From contig NC_043010.1 in NCBI RefSeq assembly GCF_006345805.1, positions 38,750,001 through 38,814,000 of the forward strand: 64,000 nucleotides of DNA, read 5' to 3'. Under the pieces are notes generated by a model, which was not told the origin of the DNA, searched no databases, and worked only from the letters and a program-made list of their open reading frames with translations. This document shows positions 1 to 11,929 of the stretch, one piece after another. How positions within the stretch are numbered: the first letter of the stretch is position 1; each line of letters opens with the position of its first letter. The translations under genes and the position numbers were made by a program. Source of the DNA: Octopus sinensis. Its lineage: Eukaryota.

Positions 1-280
1 TATAGGCATGCACCCATGCATACGCATGTACACATATGCATACGCACATACATGTACACACACATACAAATGTACATACATACATACACACATACATACG
101 TACATATATATCATGTAATAACTGTTACTTTCTCAGATGCAGCACGGAATTTTGTCAGTGAACAGGTTATGGTCTCAAAGCGATAAAAATATTTTGTCAA
201 ATTAAATTTAAATGTTGATGTGAATCTAACGGTTTTTGTGCGTTTCTTAAATGGCTTATAAACACCTTCCACGCTACAAT

Positions 281-315
<35 letters not shown>

Positions 316-402
316 TGATATATACACACTTGGTAAATATATATGCATGCGTACACACACACACTCATATATACTTATATATAGTATACATACATACAAA
401 CA

Positions 403-451
<49 letters not shown>

Positions 452-509
452 ACTTGAAACAATTACCAAAGTCTCTACAACTTCATTTGATATCTGTGGA
501 AAGCCATTG

Positions 510-549
510 CTTAATAATAATAATAACAACAACAGTTATAATAATAATA

Positions 550-594
<45 letters not shown>
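510..594. repeat. (AAT)n microsatellite
   Basis: Direct reading; a few aac/agt variants. Confidence 0.95.
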
Positions 595-595
<1 letters not shown>

Positions 596-674
596 GGAAC
601 ACCGGGGACGTTTAAGACGTAAGAACGATAAAACAGGAACACCGGGGACGTTTAAGATGTAAGAACGATAAAAC
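595..674 (+). repeat. 40-bp tandem duplication (2 copies)
   Basis: aggaacaccggggacgtttaagaYgtaagaacgataaaac at 595-634 and 635-674; one C/T difference at a CpG. Confidence 0.95.
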
Positions 675-1019
675 AGTGCTCCGAAATCTATTCACAAACA
701 CCGAAAACAAAGACATCGTATGGAGCCAAAAATTTACTAACAAAGGACTGGACTATATCCGAGTAAGTAATACTCATTGAAATTTATTACTATTTTCGAA
801 ACAAAATGATGTATTTTAACTCGATATCATCTCCACCTCTAACACAACACATGTAAAGATGCGTGGACCATTACGATCCATCAACACCAGATCATCCCTG
901 ACCCCAAATACCATGTACAAAAAAAAACTACGAAGAAATTAAATAACAACGATATCATTCAACCCAAGAATAACAATCGGGAAGTACGTACTTTAAACTT
1001 ACAACAAAAAATGTACGAA

Positions 1020-1438
1020 AAACCATCTTAATTCCCAAATCAAATGAGACAGCAAAACCAGAAAACGACAGACCAATAACCTGTCTCCCTACAATGTACA
1101 AGGCATTTACTGCAGTGATATCGCAAAGGTTGAACAAGCACCTGGACGAAAATAACCTGTTTCCAGAAGAGCAGAAAGGATGTCGCAAAGGCTCATATGG
1201 CTGTAAAGATCAACTAATGATTAATAAAGCCATAACTGAAGACAGCCACAGAAAGAAGAAAGGCCTCAGTATGGCCTGGATCGACTACAAAAGGGCGTTT
1301 GATAGCATCATGGATCCTCGAAACACTAGCCATTAACAAAGTAGCACCAACAATTATAAAATTCATAGGATACTCTATGAATAAATGGCAAACATTGCTA
1401 CAGCTCCAAACAAAAGAGGGACTCATGAAAACCAAAGT
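1020..1438 (+). mobile_element. Non-LTR retrotransposon RT fragment, Dong/R4-like, frameshifted
   Basis: TILIPKSNETAKPENDRPITCLPTMYK...EEQKGCRKGSYGCKDQLMINKAI...MAWIDYKRAFDS, then after a frameshift SWILETLAINKVAPTIIKF. These are N-terminal RT motifs typical of the R4/Dong clade. Confidence 0.85.
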
Positions 1439-1930
1439 TAAGTTAATAAAAAGCAAACAAGTAACAAACATCTCCAGGTGTCAGTACATTGCGGTCGTTT
1501 CAAGCGACTCCATTTAATCGATGAATGCAAACATTACATCAATTTGAAATAAAACGCTCTCCTCGGATGCGTACGACAAGATAGATTTCCAACATACTCC
1601 ATTATAAGATACTCCATCATAATTTTTTTAGCAATTCTTTCATCAGTACTAGAGACTAAAATACATCACTTGATTTTGCTATTATTGTAGCAGAATGAAT
1701 TTCGGGAAAAAACACCTAAAGCCTACTATGGTTTAGAGTGGCAGGAGGAGATAATGGAGGTCAATGAAGAGGAATGCTGATATAGTTAGATAGATGAATG
1801 TAGTTACATCACTATTCCTCTTTATTGGCACCCAAATCAGTTGTACTTGAAATGAAAATGCTAAGCGTTTTCACACTCTGTGTCACTCTGTATCTCTCTG
1901 AGAACTATGTTAAAGGTATGTGTGTCTATG

Positions 1931-2165
1931 GAGAAGGCGGCGAGCTGGCAGAATCGTTAGCACGCCGGGCGAAATGCTTAACCGTATTTCGTCTGCCGTT
2001 ACGTTCTGAGTTCAAATTCGGCCGAGGTCGACTTTGCCTTTCATCCTTTCGGGGTCGATAAATTAAGTACCAGTTACGCACTGGGGTCGATGTAATCGAC
2101 TTAATACCTATGTCTGTCCTTGTTTGTCCCGTCTATGTTTAGCCCATTGTGGGTAATAAACAAAT
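1931..2165 (+). mobile_element. tRNA-derived SINE family A, copy 1 of tandem pair
   Basis: A-box-like TGGCAGAATCG, B-box-like GAGTTCAAATT, tail taaacaaatagg; multiple homologues in the window. Confidence 0.9.
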
Positions 2166-2182
2166 AGGTCTGTGTGTCTATG

Positions 2183-2417
2183 GTGAAGGCGGCGAGCTGG
2201 CAGAATCGTTAGCACGCCGGGCGAAATGCTTAGCGGTATTTCGTCTGCCGTTACGTTCTGAGTTCAAATTCCGCCGGGGTCGATTTTGCCTTTCATCCTT
2301 TCGGGGTCGATAAATTAAGTACCAGTTACGCACTGGGATCAATATAATCGACTTCATCCGTTTGCCTGTCCTTGTTTGTCCCCTCTGTGTTTAGCCCCTT
2401 GTGGGTAATAAAGAAAT
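2183..2417 (+). mobile_element. tRNA-derived SINE family A, copy 2 of tandem pair
   Basis: Same family, 252-bp period; bounded by the 17-bp repeat aggtMtgtgtgtctatg. Confidence 0.9.
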
Positions 2418-3101
2418 AGGTATGTGTGTCTATGAAGTACTCTGCTACCTGTATGTTAATTTTACAATTGGTCTGTTCCGTTGATCGGATCAACAGTAGC
2501 ACTCATCGCGATAACCGACGGAGTGCCAGACCAGGCCAGACAAAGCCAGGCCAGACCAGGCTAGTTTGTGTATATTTGTGTATGTGCTTTCGTTACTTTC
2601 ACACTTTCTTTTTGTCTACTTTGAATAAGTATTAGTTTGTGTAACCATAGAAAAAAACCCATCGATTTACATCGTTAGACATCACATTACGTCGCATTAA
2701 ATCGAATTTCATAGTTGTGTACGCGGGTTAAAGTTTTCAATAATTTTTTTCTTCTAAAAGAAATTCTTCAGACTCACTAAATAAGTAGACATAAATTACA
2801 ACGGCAACGACAGAGAGAGAGAGAGAGAGAGAGGGTGGAATGAGTGAATGTGTATGAGAAAGAGAGAGGGGTAAAGAGAGGAGCTTCCAGATATTTGTGT
2901 AATATGAGAACTTGAGAGATTCATTGTAAATGGTCCGAAGTTGGTTGTGGGTGGATATAGACACCCTCAGTGTATAATATAATACACGTTAGAATGTAAT
3001 ATAGTTGTATATAATATAATAAATCTAATGTGATATAATACTCTACATTATAGTATAAGTTTCTTTTCTGTATTATGTATAAGCGTATACATACATATAT
3101 A

Positions 3102-3149
<48 letters not shown>

Positions 3150-3625
3150 TACTTATTTTTATATATATATATATAATATATATATATATATATAATATAT
3201 ATATATATATAAATATGTATATATACACACGCATATATTCTCTATGCTGTAGCGTAATGTGTTATACTTGAAACTGTATAAATGTCTAAAGGTTAGTTTC
3301 GTGTATTAAATTCTGCACTGAATGTTTCATATTTATAGCGAAAAGTCGATTTCTGTATTTTGTGATTGCTACAGACAGAACCACTTTTATACGGATTTTT
3401 TTTGTTTCTTTATATATATCTATCAAAAACTTCGATTGACCGAACTTATTAAAGTCAACTCCCCTGCTTGCAATTTATTACGTAGGGTGTTTTTGTCTCC
3501 TAATTCTAAAGATAATCTCAGTTAATCGAAAATGTTCATCTCAATGTATAACATATATGGGAGGCTATTGTATATCCTGAGACACACGAAGATATTGTTG
3601 ATGTTCATGATTAACGACATCACAC

Positions 3626-3627
<2 letters not shown>

Positions 3628-3696
<69 letters not shown>

Positions 3697-3900
3697 ATAT
3701 ATATATATCAATCCGTCTGTCTATCCAGCTGTCTGCCTATCTAACTATTTATCTATCTAGCTATATATATGTATATATCTATCTGTCTGTCTATCTCTGC
3801 ACACACACACACACTCACAAAAACGCACACACACGCACAGGGTTACACACACACACACACAACACATACACTCACACACACACATACACAAACATACACG
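3628..3900. repeat. (TATC)n followed by (CA)n microsatellites
   Basis: Direct reading. Confidence 0.9.
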
Positions 3901-4844
3901 GCTACACTGACGTCGAAGTAGTTACGTAATTTCGTAAAGCGATTCTGTAATATCGACGGTCGATATAATAAAACTAGTGTATGCTTTATAAAGCTTAAAA
4001 TACCAATTACATTTTCAGTATTCTATCAACACTCACTTTTACGCGTCTCTATTCTGTATGCTAGCCTAAGCCGTTGTTTGATTGCCTTCATGTAACCGCA
4101 CTGGATGGCGAAGTGGCGGGTGGTAGTGGAATTTACGTCGAACCGTGTTGCCCGAACTGAACAGAATATCCATCACTGAAGGGGTTTAAAAAGAATGTAA
4201 TGTATGGAAAATGCCAGTAGATATAAATGGGACTTTAAACTATGTGAATTTAGTATGTGGAACGCACGGTCAAGTTATTTCCCCTATATCATATAATCCA
4301 GTAACACTGGTATTTTTTATATTATCTATGTGTATATTTTCTCACTCAACATTGATTTCCCTATAGGATATATTATAAATAGGTCGAAGCCATCAGGCAA
4401 AGAGAGAACAGTAAGAGCAAGTTATTGACTTTATACACGCTGTTGTTAGTAAATTTTAATTGGAATATCTATCGGCTCCAGCCGAAACGTTGTAAAGTCT
4501 CCAAAAACTCTTATCTCAATGCGCAATTCTTTGTATTTAAAAGTGCAAAGTGGTTTTTTTGGTTTAATTCAGAGTTACTAACATTTTCATAATGTTAGTA
4601 TTCGTGGCAGAGGAATTTCATCACTATTTCAAGGATTCCAAGTTGCCTGTCATAAAAAAGACAAAATACGAAACAAAACAAAAAGTAAAAATCATAGGCA
4701 TGGCTGTAGAACATCGCAATCACATAATTTCGCGTTCAGTTCCACTATACAGCACATTAGGTTTTTTGTACTGTAACTCTGGGGTGCCCAATGCTATGTG
4801 TATGAATTTTTGAAAACGCAAAAAGTGTAGATAAATGCTTGCTT

Positions 4845-4955
4845 TTCAACGACATGGTTCCAGGTTCAGTCTCTCTACGTAGCACCTTGGGCAAGTGTCT
4901 TCTACTATAGCCTCGGGTCGACCAAAGCATTGTGGGAAACTGAAAGAAGCCCGTC

Positions 4956-4993
<38 letters not shown>

Positions 4994-5105
4994 GTACTTA
5001 TGTGACTGTGTTTACATACCCGTAACCTAGCGTAGGCTTACAAAGAATACGTCCTGGAGTCGATGGCCACAGTCAAATGACTGAAACAAGTACAAGAATA
5101 AATGA
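4845..5105 (+). mobile_element. SINE family B, decayed, with internal (TA)n
   Basis: catggttccaggttcagt...gcaccttgggcaagtgtcttctactatagcctcggg...aaagaagcccgtcg(TA)n...cagtcaaatgactgaaacaagt matches 47250-47650. Confidence 0.8.
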
Positions 5106-5179
5106 ATAAAAGAATATATATATATAAATGAAAAAAAATTGCACTCTCATTTCTTAAGATATTTTGTTTGTTTTCCATT

Positions 5180-5397
5180 AAGGCGGTAATAAGCAGAATC
5201 GTTAACGCGCCGGGTAAAATGCTTATCGGCATTTCGTCCATCTATACGTTCTGGGTTCAAATGCCACGCCGGGATCAACTCTGCCTTTTATCCTTTCGGA
5301 GTTGATAAAGAAAGTACCAGTTGAGCATTGAGGTCGATGTTATCGATTTGCCCCTACTGATGGACTTGTGCCAAAACTTTGAAACCAATATTGGTTA
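5180..5397 (+). mobile_element. SINE family A-related, diverged
   Basis: gcagaatcgttaacgcgccgggtaaaatgctta...ttctgggttcaaat...aagtaccagttgagcattgaggtcgatg. Confidence 0.75.
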
Positions 5398-5586
5398 CCA
5401 CACAATAACAGATTTCCTTAAAGAAAAATACGATAAAAGACCCCAGAAGTGTGCAGCTGTAAGTTTATTACATTTGTTATTGTTACTGTTGATAGGATCA
5501 ATAGAGAATATAGAGAAAACCTGTAACGAAAAGCCTTCAAACTGACTATCTCGCACTTTTCTTTAGATGCAGTATATCTGGGGCTA

Positions 5587-5709
5587 CGAGGGGTGTATGA
5601 AAAGTCTTGAGCCTCAAAAATACAATACATGATACAAGACTTCTGATGAAGGCACAAGACTTCAATGCTCAAAGGCCTTGAAGGTTCAAAACTTTTCATA
5701 CACCACTCG
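5587..5709. mobile_element. 123-bp mariner-type MITE
   Basis: 28-bp TIRs (cgaggggtgtatgaaaagtcttgagcct / aggttcaaaacttttcatacaccactcg; 3 mismatches), flanked by TA at 5585-86 and 5710-11. Confidence 0.85.
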
Positions 5710-6625
5710 TACATTATTCAATATCGTTTCAGTTGTAAATTTGATACTGCTGGGTTTGAGGGATATTTGTTGGCATTTTCTAGCAGGCCGAAGGATAATG
5801 TAGAGGTTATCACAGCTCGACAAGAGTTAAATGAATTCAAAACGAATGTAACTCGCTGCAAGTAACGTTATATGAACTGTCGTTTCTTCATTGACTCTAC
5901 ACGTCTATCACATGTTAACCTATATTATAGAAATTATCCAGAGGGTTGCTTGCAGAGGAGATGAGATGGGAAGTTTTAATGAAAATGTAATATCTAATTA
6001 CGGAAAGAGTAGAGAAGGACGAAGGAGATGACAAGCAACAGATATGTTGCTGTGTATTGACAGAATAACATATTTGGAGATGAAACAGAGAAAAGAAATC
6101 AATTAGAAGAATCTAGAAAATAAGGGGGAAATAAAAACAACGAAAAATATTAACAACTTGAAACTTCGAAAAACGTGATACGATCCTCCGTGCCTGACTT
6201 CTATTGCACATAAACTTAATTGGCATTCATAATCGAATATATAATGTTTTTGAAGCGAACATGGAATATTGGGGAGTTGGGTTAATATGCAGCCGAAAGA
6301 CGTAGGGTGATATTAACAGGAAAAGCGCTACATTACAAGGAGATAATTATCGCCTTTTTATTTCATAATTCATCGACCTGTCCGTTTTTGAATTATCTTT
6401 TTATCACTTCGGCAAAGGGGGATAAACTGTGGTTATCATCCCCTTTTTTAGGCAGATAAGAGAGGTGTTAGAATGGTAAGGATGTTTTCATTAAACTATC
6501 CTGGATACTTGCAATAGAGTGGGTGCCACTAGCGATGCATAAGCACTAACATAACACTATTAGTTGATTCTTAGTCTAGGTTTACATATATATCCTTTAT
6601 ATTTTTAAACATAGATTAGGGGTCC

Positions 6626-6675
<50 letters not shown>

Positions 6676-6724
6676 TATATATATTATATATATATATATT
6701 ATATATATATATGTATATATATCC

Positions 6725-6900
6725 TTTTATTCTTCTTTCTTTTATTGGCTTCAGTCATTTGACTGCGGCCATGCTAGACCATCACCTTTAGCCGAAGTAA
6801 TCGACCCCAGGGCTTATTCTTTATAAGCCTAGAACTTATTCTTTTGACGAACCACATCGGTTGTCAAGCGATGGTGAAGGGACATACCCATATACACAAA
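6725..6900 (-). mobile_element. SINE family B 3' fragment
   Basis: ttcagtcatttgactgcggccatgct...aatcgaccccagg...ggttgtcaagcgatgg is the reverse complement of the SINE-B tail. Confidence 0.75.
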
Positions 6901-6992
6901 CAAATACATACATACACACCCACCCATATATATGTATATATATATATAGGTTTGGGTATCTGTCGTGTGTCAATAGACGAATGAAAACATCT

Positions 6993-7997
6993 GGCGTCAA
7001 TAAGAAGGAGTTCTGTTGGACATTTATTTTCAATCACTGCAATTGCTTCTATGCAACGCAGTTCTCCAGGCTTTCTGGTAGTTGATTCTGCTATCGTTCC
7101 GCTTCATTATGAGACCTAGTTGCGTTTTTTCAAGCGATTTGTAAATATTGCTAAAATTTGTAAATAAGTTCAAATTCTCGGCTTCAAGAGCATCCTCTCT
7201 GTCTGTCGTGACCTGAATCTAGTAGTAATATAGTGATGTTGCTGAAGAACCGTTAACAAACTGCGTTGAATGTGTAGATGTAATGGGATAGTGATTCTGC
7301 TACTGTTAAAGTGGTTGCCGTTCAAAAGAGATTCGCGTTTGATTTCTTTGTACTGTTGATTTTCTCTTCATGGTTGGTTACACATGTGATTGTTCTTAGC
7401 CGACCTTTAAGAGTCGTCCTATACATACACATACATGGTCGTTCACATATACATCCATATACGTACATGGTCGTTCACATATTCAACCATATATATACAC
7501 ATGTGTGCGAGTGCCAGTATGTATATGGGTGTATATGTGAACGACCATGCGTGTGTATTTGTTCGAGCGTTTGTATGTATATATGGATGTATATGTGAAC
7601 GACCATGTATGTTTTAATGTAGGCCAATTCTTAAAGGACAGCTAAGGTCAATCGCATGTGTAACCAGCCATGAAGAAAAAATCAACAGTACAAAGAAATG
7701 CAGTACCAGAATCATTCTCCCACTACATCTACACATTCAAATCAGTCTGCCGATGGCCCTTCATCAACAAAACACTTTGAAAAACTAAGGAACTACTACT
7801 AAATTCAGACCACAACAGACACATAGGATGTTCTTGAAGCGGAGGATTTGAAGTTACGGAGACAATATTTACAAATCACCTGAGAAGAGACAACTAGATC
7901 TCATAGTGCAGAGAAACGGATGCATAATCAAATACGTGCGTAGAAACAATTGTAGTGATTGAAAAATAAATGTCCAACCGTACTTATTGTTGACTCC
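6993..7997. repeat. ~1-kb imperfect palindrome (fold-back element), centre ~7510
   Basis: 7431-7460 is the exact reverse complement of 7581-7610. 7342-7392 vs 7648-7699 differ at ~3 positions. 7016-7050 pairs with 7941-7978. Indels occur elsewhere in the arms. Confidence 0.9.
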
Positions 7998-8037
7998 AAT
8001 TTTTTAAAAATTATATATATATATATATATGTATATA

Positions 8038-8288
8038 TATGTTCCTTCTCGAGCCATGCCAGGCTCATTAGCCGCCGGTATCTCGGTTTCAGAGCTGTAG
8101 ACATTCTCCACCTGGATGGGACGCTGGTCCGTCACAGGATTACCCATTTTTGCCAGCTGAGTGGACTGGAGCAACGTGAAAATGAAGTCTTTTGCTCAGG
8201 AACAGAACGCATCGCCCGGTCCAGGAATCGAAACCACAACCTTACGATCATGAGTTCAACACCCTAACCACTAAGCCACGCGCCTCCA
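8038..8288 (-). mobile_element. tRNA-derived SINE family C (tail variant 1)
   Basis: On minus: ggcgcgTGGCTTAGTGGttagg (A box), GGTTTCGATTCC (B box), then ttgctccagtccactcagctggcaaaaatg central domain shared with 55793-56122. Confidence 0.85.
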
Positions 8289-8318
8289 CACACACGCACG
8301 CACACACACACACACACA

Positions 8319-8349
<31 letters not shown>

Positions 8350-8579
8350 TATACATTTTACACATAATTTAGAGTTACACACACACATATACACACATAT
8401 GCACACATATATACACATATATACATTTGCACATAGTTTAAAGTTACATATGTATATCATAGAAATTCGTCACATAAATTTGTGTTACATATACATTATA
8501 TACATTTTTCACATAGTTTAAAGTCATATATATATTATCTACTTTTATTTATGTAGCAAATAAGAATTAAATTTGCTGC

Positions 8580-8765
8580 GTCAGAACCCGAGCTACGCCA
8601 TCAAGGTGCTTTCATACTATGCCCTTCTACTAAAACTCCATTCACAAAGCGGTTTTGGCTAATCCGAGGCAATGGTAAAAAACTAGATTCTAAGGTGGCT
8701 CGCAGTTGGATCATACCCGAAATTTTGCTGTTGCACTGTTAGCTTGTTAATCAGACAACCACATT
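8580..8765 (-). mobile_element. SINE family B head, strongly decayed
   Basis: ccattcacaaagcggttttggctaatccgaggcaatggtaaaaaact...taaggtggctcgcagttggatc resembles the reverse complement of the SINE-B head. Confidence 0.5.
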
Positions 8766-9465
8766 TGTTTAGTGCTGACATGTCAAATGACGTAATACTG
8801 AAACTGAAAGCAGTATGTTTCAAAGAGATTCAGGTTTGCTTGTATTGCGTTAATCCCTCTATCTTAGATGTTACGAAATTGACTAAATTAACAGAGCAAA
8901 AGTAACGAGTGAAGCAGTTAACCAATGTTAATGTTTAAACTAAGATTTTATTGCAAGAGTGGAAGAAAAAGAAGCTGCTATCCAATATCGTGCGAACATT
9001 GATATTGGATGTCAGTTTAGTAAAGGGATTTATGAACTAAAGAACAAGGAAAGAGAAAGGCTAAACGTGTTACTTCTCCAGGCAATAAAGCGATATGCAA
9101 ACAACCAAAGTATAAAATAAATTAACTAGCCATCGAGGAAACCCTAATGTGGTCGCAAACCCGGTTAAAAATAAAAGCGAAGTGCATCCTTGCAAGCACA
9201 CACAAACATAATTTGAAAAAACAGGACACATTCGATAATGTAGTTGTAGATACATTATATTCGTGAAACAGGTAAGATAGTCACAGTCGGAATGTCTTTG
9301 AACATAAGTCTTCCAGGTCATGGCAAAGCCGAGTCTAATATAATAGCGGCGAACATGACAAAGATAAAAAGCGAATCAATAAAATCAATTAAAATGGTGG
9401 TGAAGAATATAAAACATTTTGTGCTTATTTTAGAATGATGGTAGATGGGAACAGAAGGAAGGAAA

Positions 9466-9766
9466 TCTTTATATATAAAAGTGAGGTTGTGTGCTGTCTG
9501 TCTCCTACGATTTAGATTCCTAACTACTCCCACATTTTGCGGTGCAGTTTAACCAAAAGCGGGTATCTTATAGTCGTGATTCATATCGAGCCCTTCTGGG
9601 TATTAGCGCGGGTCTACGATGAGTCTACGATTTGAAAAAAAAATTACCATAATTTTTTCCCATTTTTAATGCATTTTTGGCTATTATATAAGGGAAGTAA
9701 CTCTCTAAAAATGCTTATATAGCTATTTCCCTTACAAACCCGAGCAACGCCGGGCGATACTGCTAG
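9466..9766 (+). mobile_element. 301-bp non-autonomous Helitron
   Basis: 5' A|TCTTTATATATAAAAGTG; GC hairpin cccgagcaacgccggg (9739-9754) just before 3' CTAG|T (9763-9766); inserted between A and T with no TSD. Confidence 0.8.
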
Positions 9767-10319
9767 TGAAAAATAAAATTAGAGAAGACGAGAAGAAGTC
9801 CAGGGAAACCTTGGGGTTAAACATAATTAAAATATCAATATTCAATTCTTATTTTGAGAAAGCCTCAACCTCCTCTCAGTTGACGAAAGAGAGATGGATT
9901 GAACCTCCTACACGTTGTCAAAAGGGAAAATATCCTCAGCCTTACTTTAAGATGGCCGAAAGTGAATTTGATGAAGTCTTAGGAGTGTCAGAAAGCTGAG
10001 CCGTAATAAGCATTGCAAATACTGGACACAAAGCATTGTTGGAATGTTGTCTCAAGAAGAGATGAAAGGGCAGGGAACACTTCGTGCAAAAGAGATAGAA
10101 AAGTTAATTGAAGTTTAGCTTATAAGTGCTTCCAGGAAAAAAAAAATTGGGAAAAGCAATAAGGTTGCATTCTATGGAGAAAACCCACATCCAAACAGTT
10201 GTCGAGGCGGTATAGTGGGAGATTCGCTTGAGTACCTGATATAAGGTCTCGAGGAGTTTGTCCTGGTTCTCTGGACCCCCGACTACAAATATCCCATCAA
10301 TATTAGTACCTCCTCCGCC

Positions 10320-10351
<32 letters not shown>

Positions 10352-10381
10352 GCTCTTCTTCTTCTTCTTCTTCTTCTTCTT
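10320..10381. repeat. Compound (TTG)n(CTT)n microsatellite
   Basis: Direct reading. Confidence 0.95.
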
Positions 10382-11248
10382 TTTCTCTGTATATATTTAC
10401 ATACACATACACACACAAGCATACACAAATATATATGCATACAACCCCCACACACACATGTGCGTGCACACAGAAAAGCATTGGTTACGATGCACAGCGA
10501 GAAGAAATGGAGGGAAAGCAAACAAAATATCTCCCTCTATCCAGAAATACAGAAGCCTTAAGCTAGGGATTAGCAACCCCTTCATATATAGAATAATAAT
10601 TATATTCTACTTTAATTGTCTAAGGTATCACATGGATGTGCAGTACATGGCGGAAGAGAAACGAAGACGTGAGATAGCGAGCCGTGGTGTGTAGAAAAAA
10701 TAGATGAAAGTTTGAACCGTTTTGTGTGCGAAGACAGCAAAACGGCAATAAATAAATAGAAAAAAAGACAAGGTGGGGTGGGGGAGAAAGAAGAAGAAAG
10801 ACAAAGAAAGAGAGATGACACGACAGTTTAGAGAAAATGATAACCTGGGATGGTAAAGGAAATAAGGAATCTGAAATAGATGAGTAGATGAATAAATTCT
10901 AGAACCGCAAACTAGCTGTTATTTAAAGTTAGTATTCTAAACTCCTGCGAGATTTTTATGCATTAAGCAATCAAGTCATCGTAGTTGTTATCATTGCCAT
11001 ATTGTATCAGATTCGAAAGAAAATAGATAAGAATTTGTGGTTAGATAAAAAAAAAAAAATTTGAAAAAGCATCTGATCATGGTTAGATAAACTATTGAGA
11101 AAAAGAAAAAAAAAACTCTCTGAGATTTGCAATGTCATAATAGCACAGGGAATAACGTCAAGAAAGTCGTTTAAGGGGCATTAGAAGTGAATTGACATCC
11201 AGTTTGCGGATTGTGCCTGTGTGTGTATATATATGTGTGCATATATAT

Positions 11249-11286
<38 letters not shown>

Positions 11287-11328
11287 ATGTATATGTATAT
11301 ATATGTATATACACATATATATATATTA

Positions 11329-11371
<43 letters not shown>

Positions 11372-11929
11372 AAACAGAAATACAAGATAAAAATATATTG
11401 TAACACCGAAGCTGTCGCTTTCTATTTAGGAAGAATATTTCGCCAATGTTTCTTGGATATAATGAGACATGTTGTCAGTAAATCTCAAGACACGATTCCG
11501 TAGCCATGATGAACACAGAACTCTGCTATAAAAACTCTCGTATTTGAATTTTTCTTTGCCAAACTAGATAATGTTTTATAAACTTTACATGTTGAGAAAA
11601 CACTTTGTTGGATTAGAATGTTTTTGTTGAATTGTTTGATGGAGGTGTGTGTAGTTTGTGTATATATCTGTATGTTGTGCGCGCTTCAAAATGAATGTGT
11701 AAGTATACTTATATATATGAGTATGTAAGCATACGTTTATGTTTGTTCGCATGAATATGTACAAGTATCTTCACGTGTATACGAGTGTTTGTGACAGTGT
11801 AGTTGCGTATGTTTTCTTCTGTTTTTAAGAATCTAAATTATTCCTTTGAGGAAGAAGTTCATTTCCAACAAAGATACAAAGATCCATTATTAGAATGTGG
11901 ATAACAAAAAAAAATGTCACATTATACAC

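Larger units (their letters stand above)
1836..2525 (+). mobile_element. Old SINE-C 3' tail remnant, split by two SINE-A copies
   Basis: 1836-1930 plus 2418-2525 align with the tail of the SINE at 55793-56122 (gttgtacttg...tctgtgtcac...gagaacta.gttaa.ggta...ctgttccgttgatcg...taacc.gcggagt). Confidence 0.7.

Noticed and set aside
4380-4500. ggctccagccGAAACGTT, resembling the 3' half of a hammerhead
   Set aside because: Stem II and the palindromic stem III are present, but there is no CUGANGA core upstream.
6414-6446. Hairpin aaagggggataa...ttatcatccccttt followed by a T run, in a GATA-motif-rich stretch
   Set aside because: It looks like a bacterial terminator but the DNA is eukaryotic; too short for a pre-miRNA, and GATA motifs are expected by chance in AT-rich DNA.
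8200-8288. tRNA gene call for SINE heads (also 56040-56122)
   Set aside because: A and B boxes are present, but the heads continue into SINE bodies and lack a complete acceptor stem.
9082-9271. Plus-strand exon-like segment (ctccAG| ... CAG|GTAAGA)
   Set aside because: Stops in all three frames, and such donor motifs are frequent by chance at this base composition.
10180-10318. NIDGIFVVGGPENQDKLLETLYQVLKRISHY, loosely like an LTR-retrotransposon YxDD region
   Set aside because: The catalytic DD is missing, the match is only ~30 aa, and there is no supporting flanking homology.
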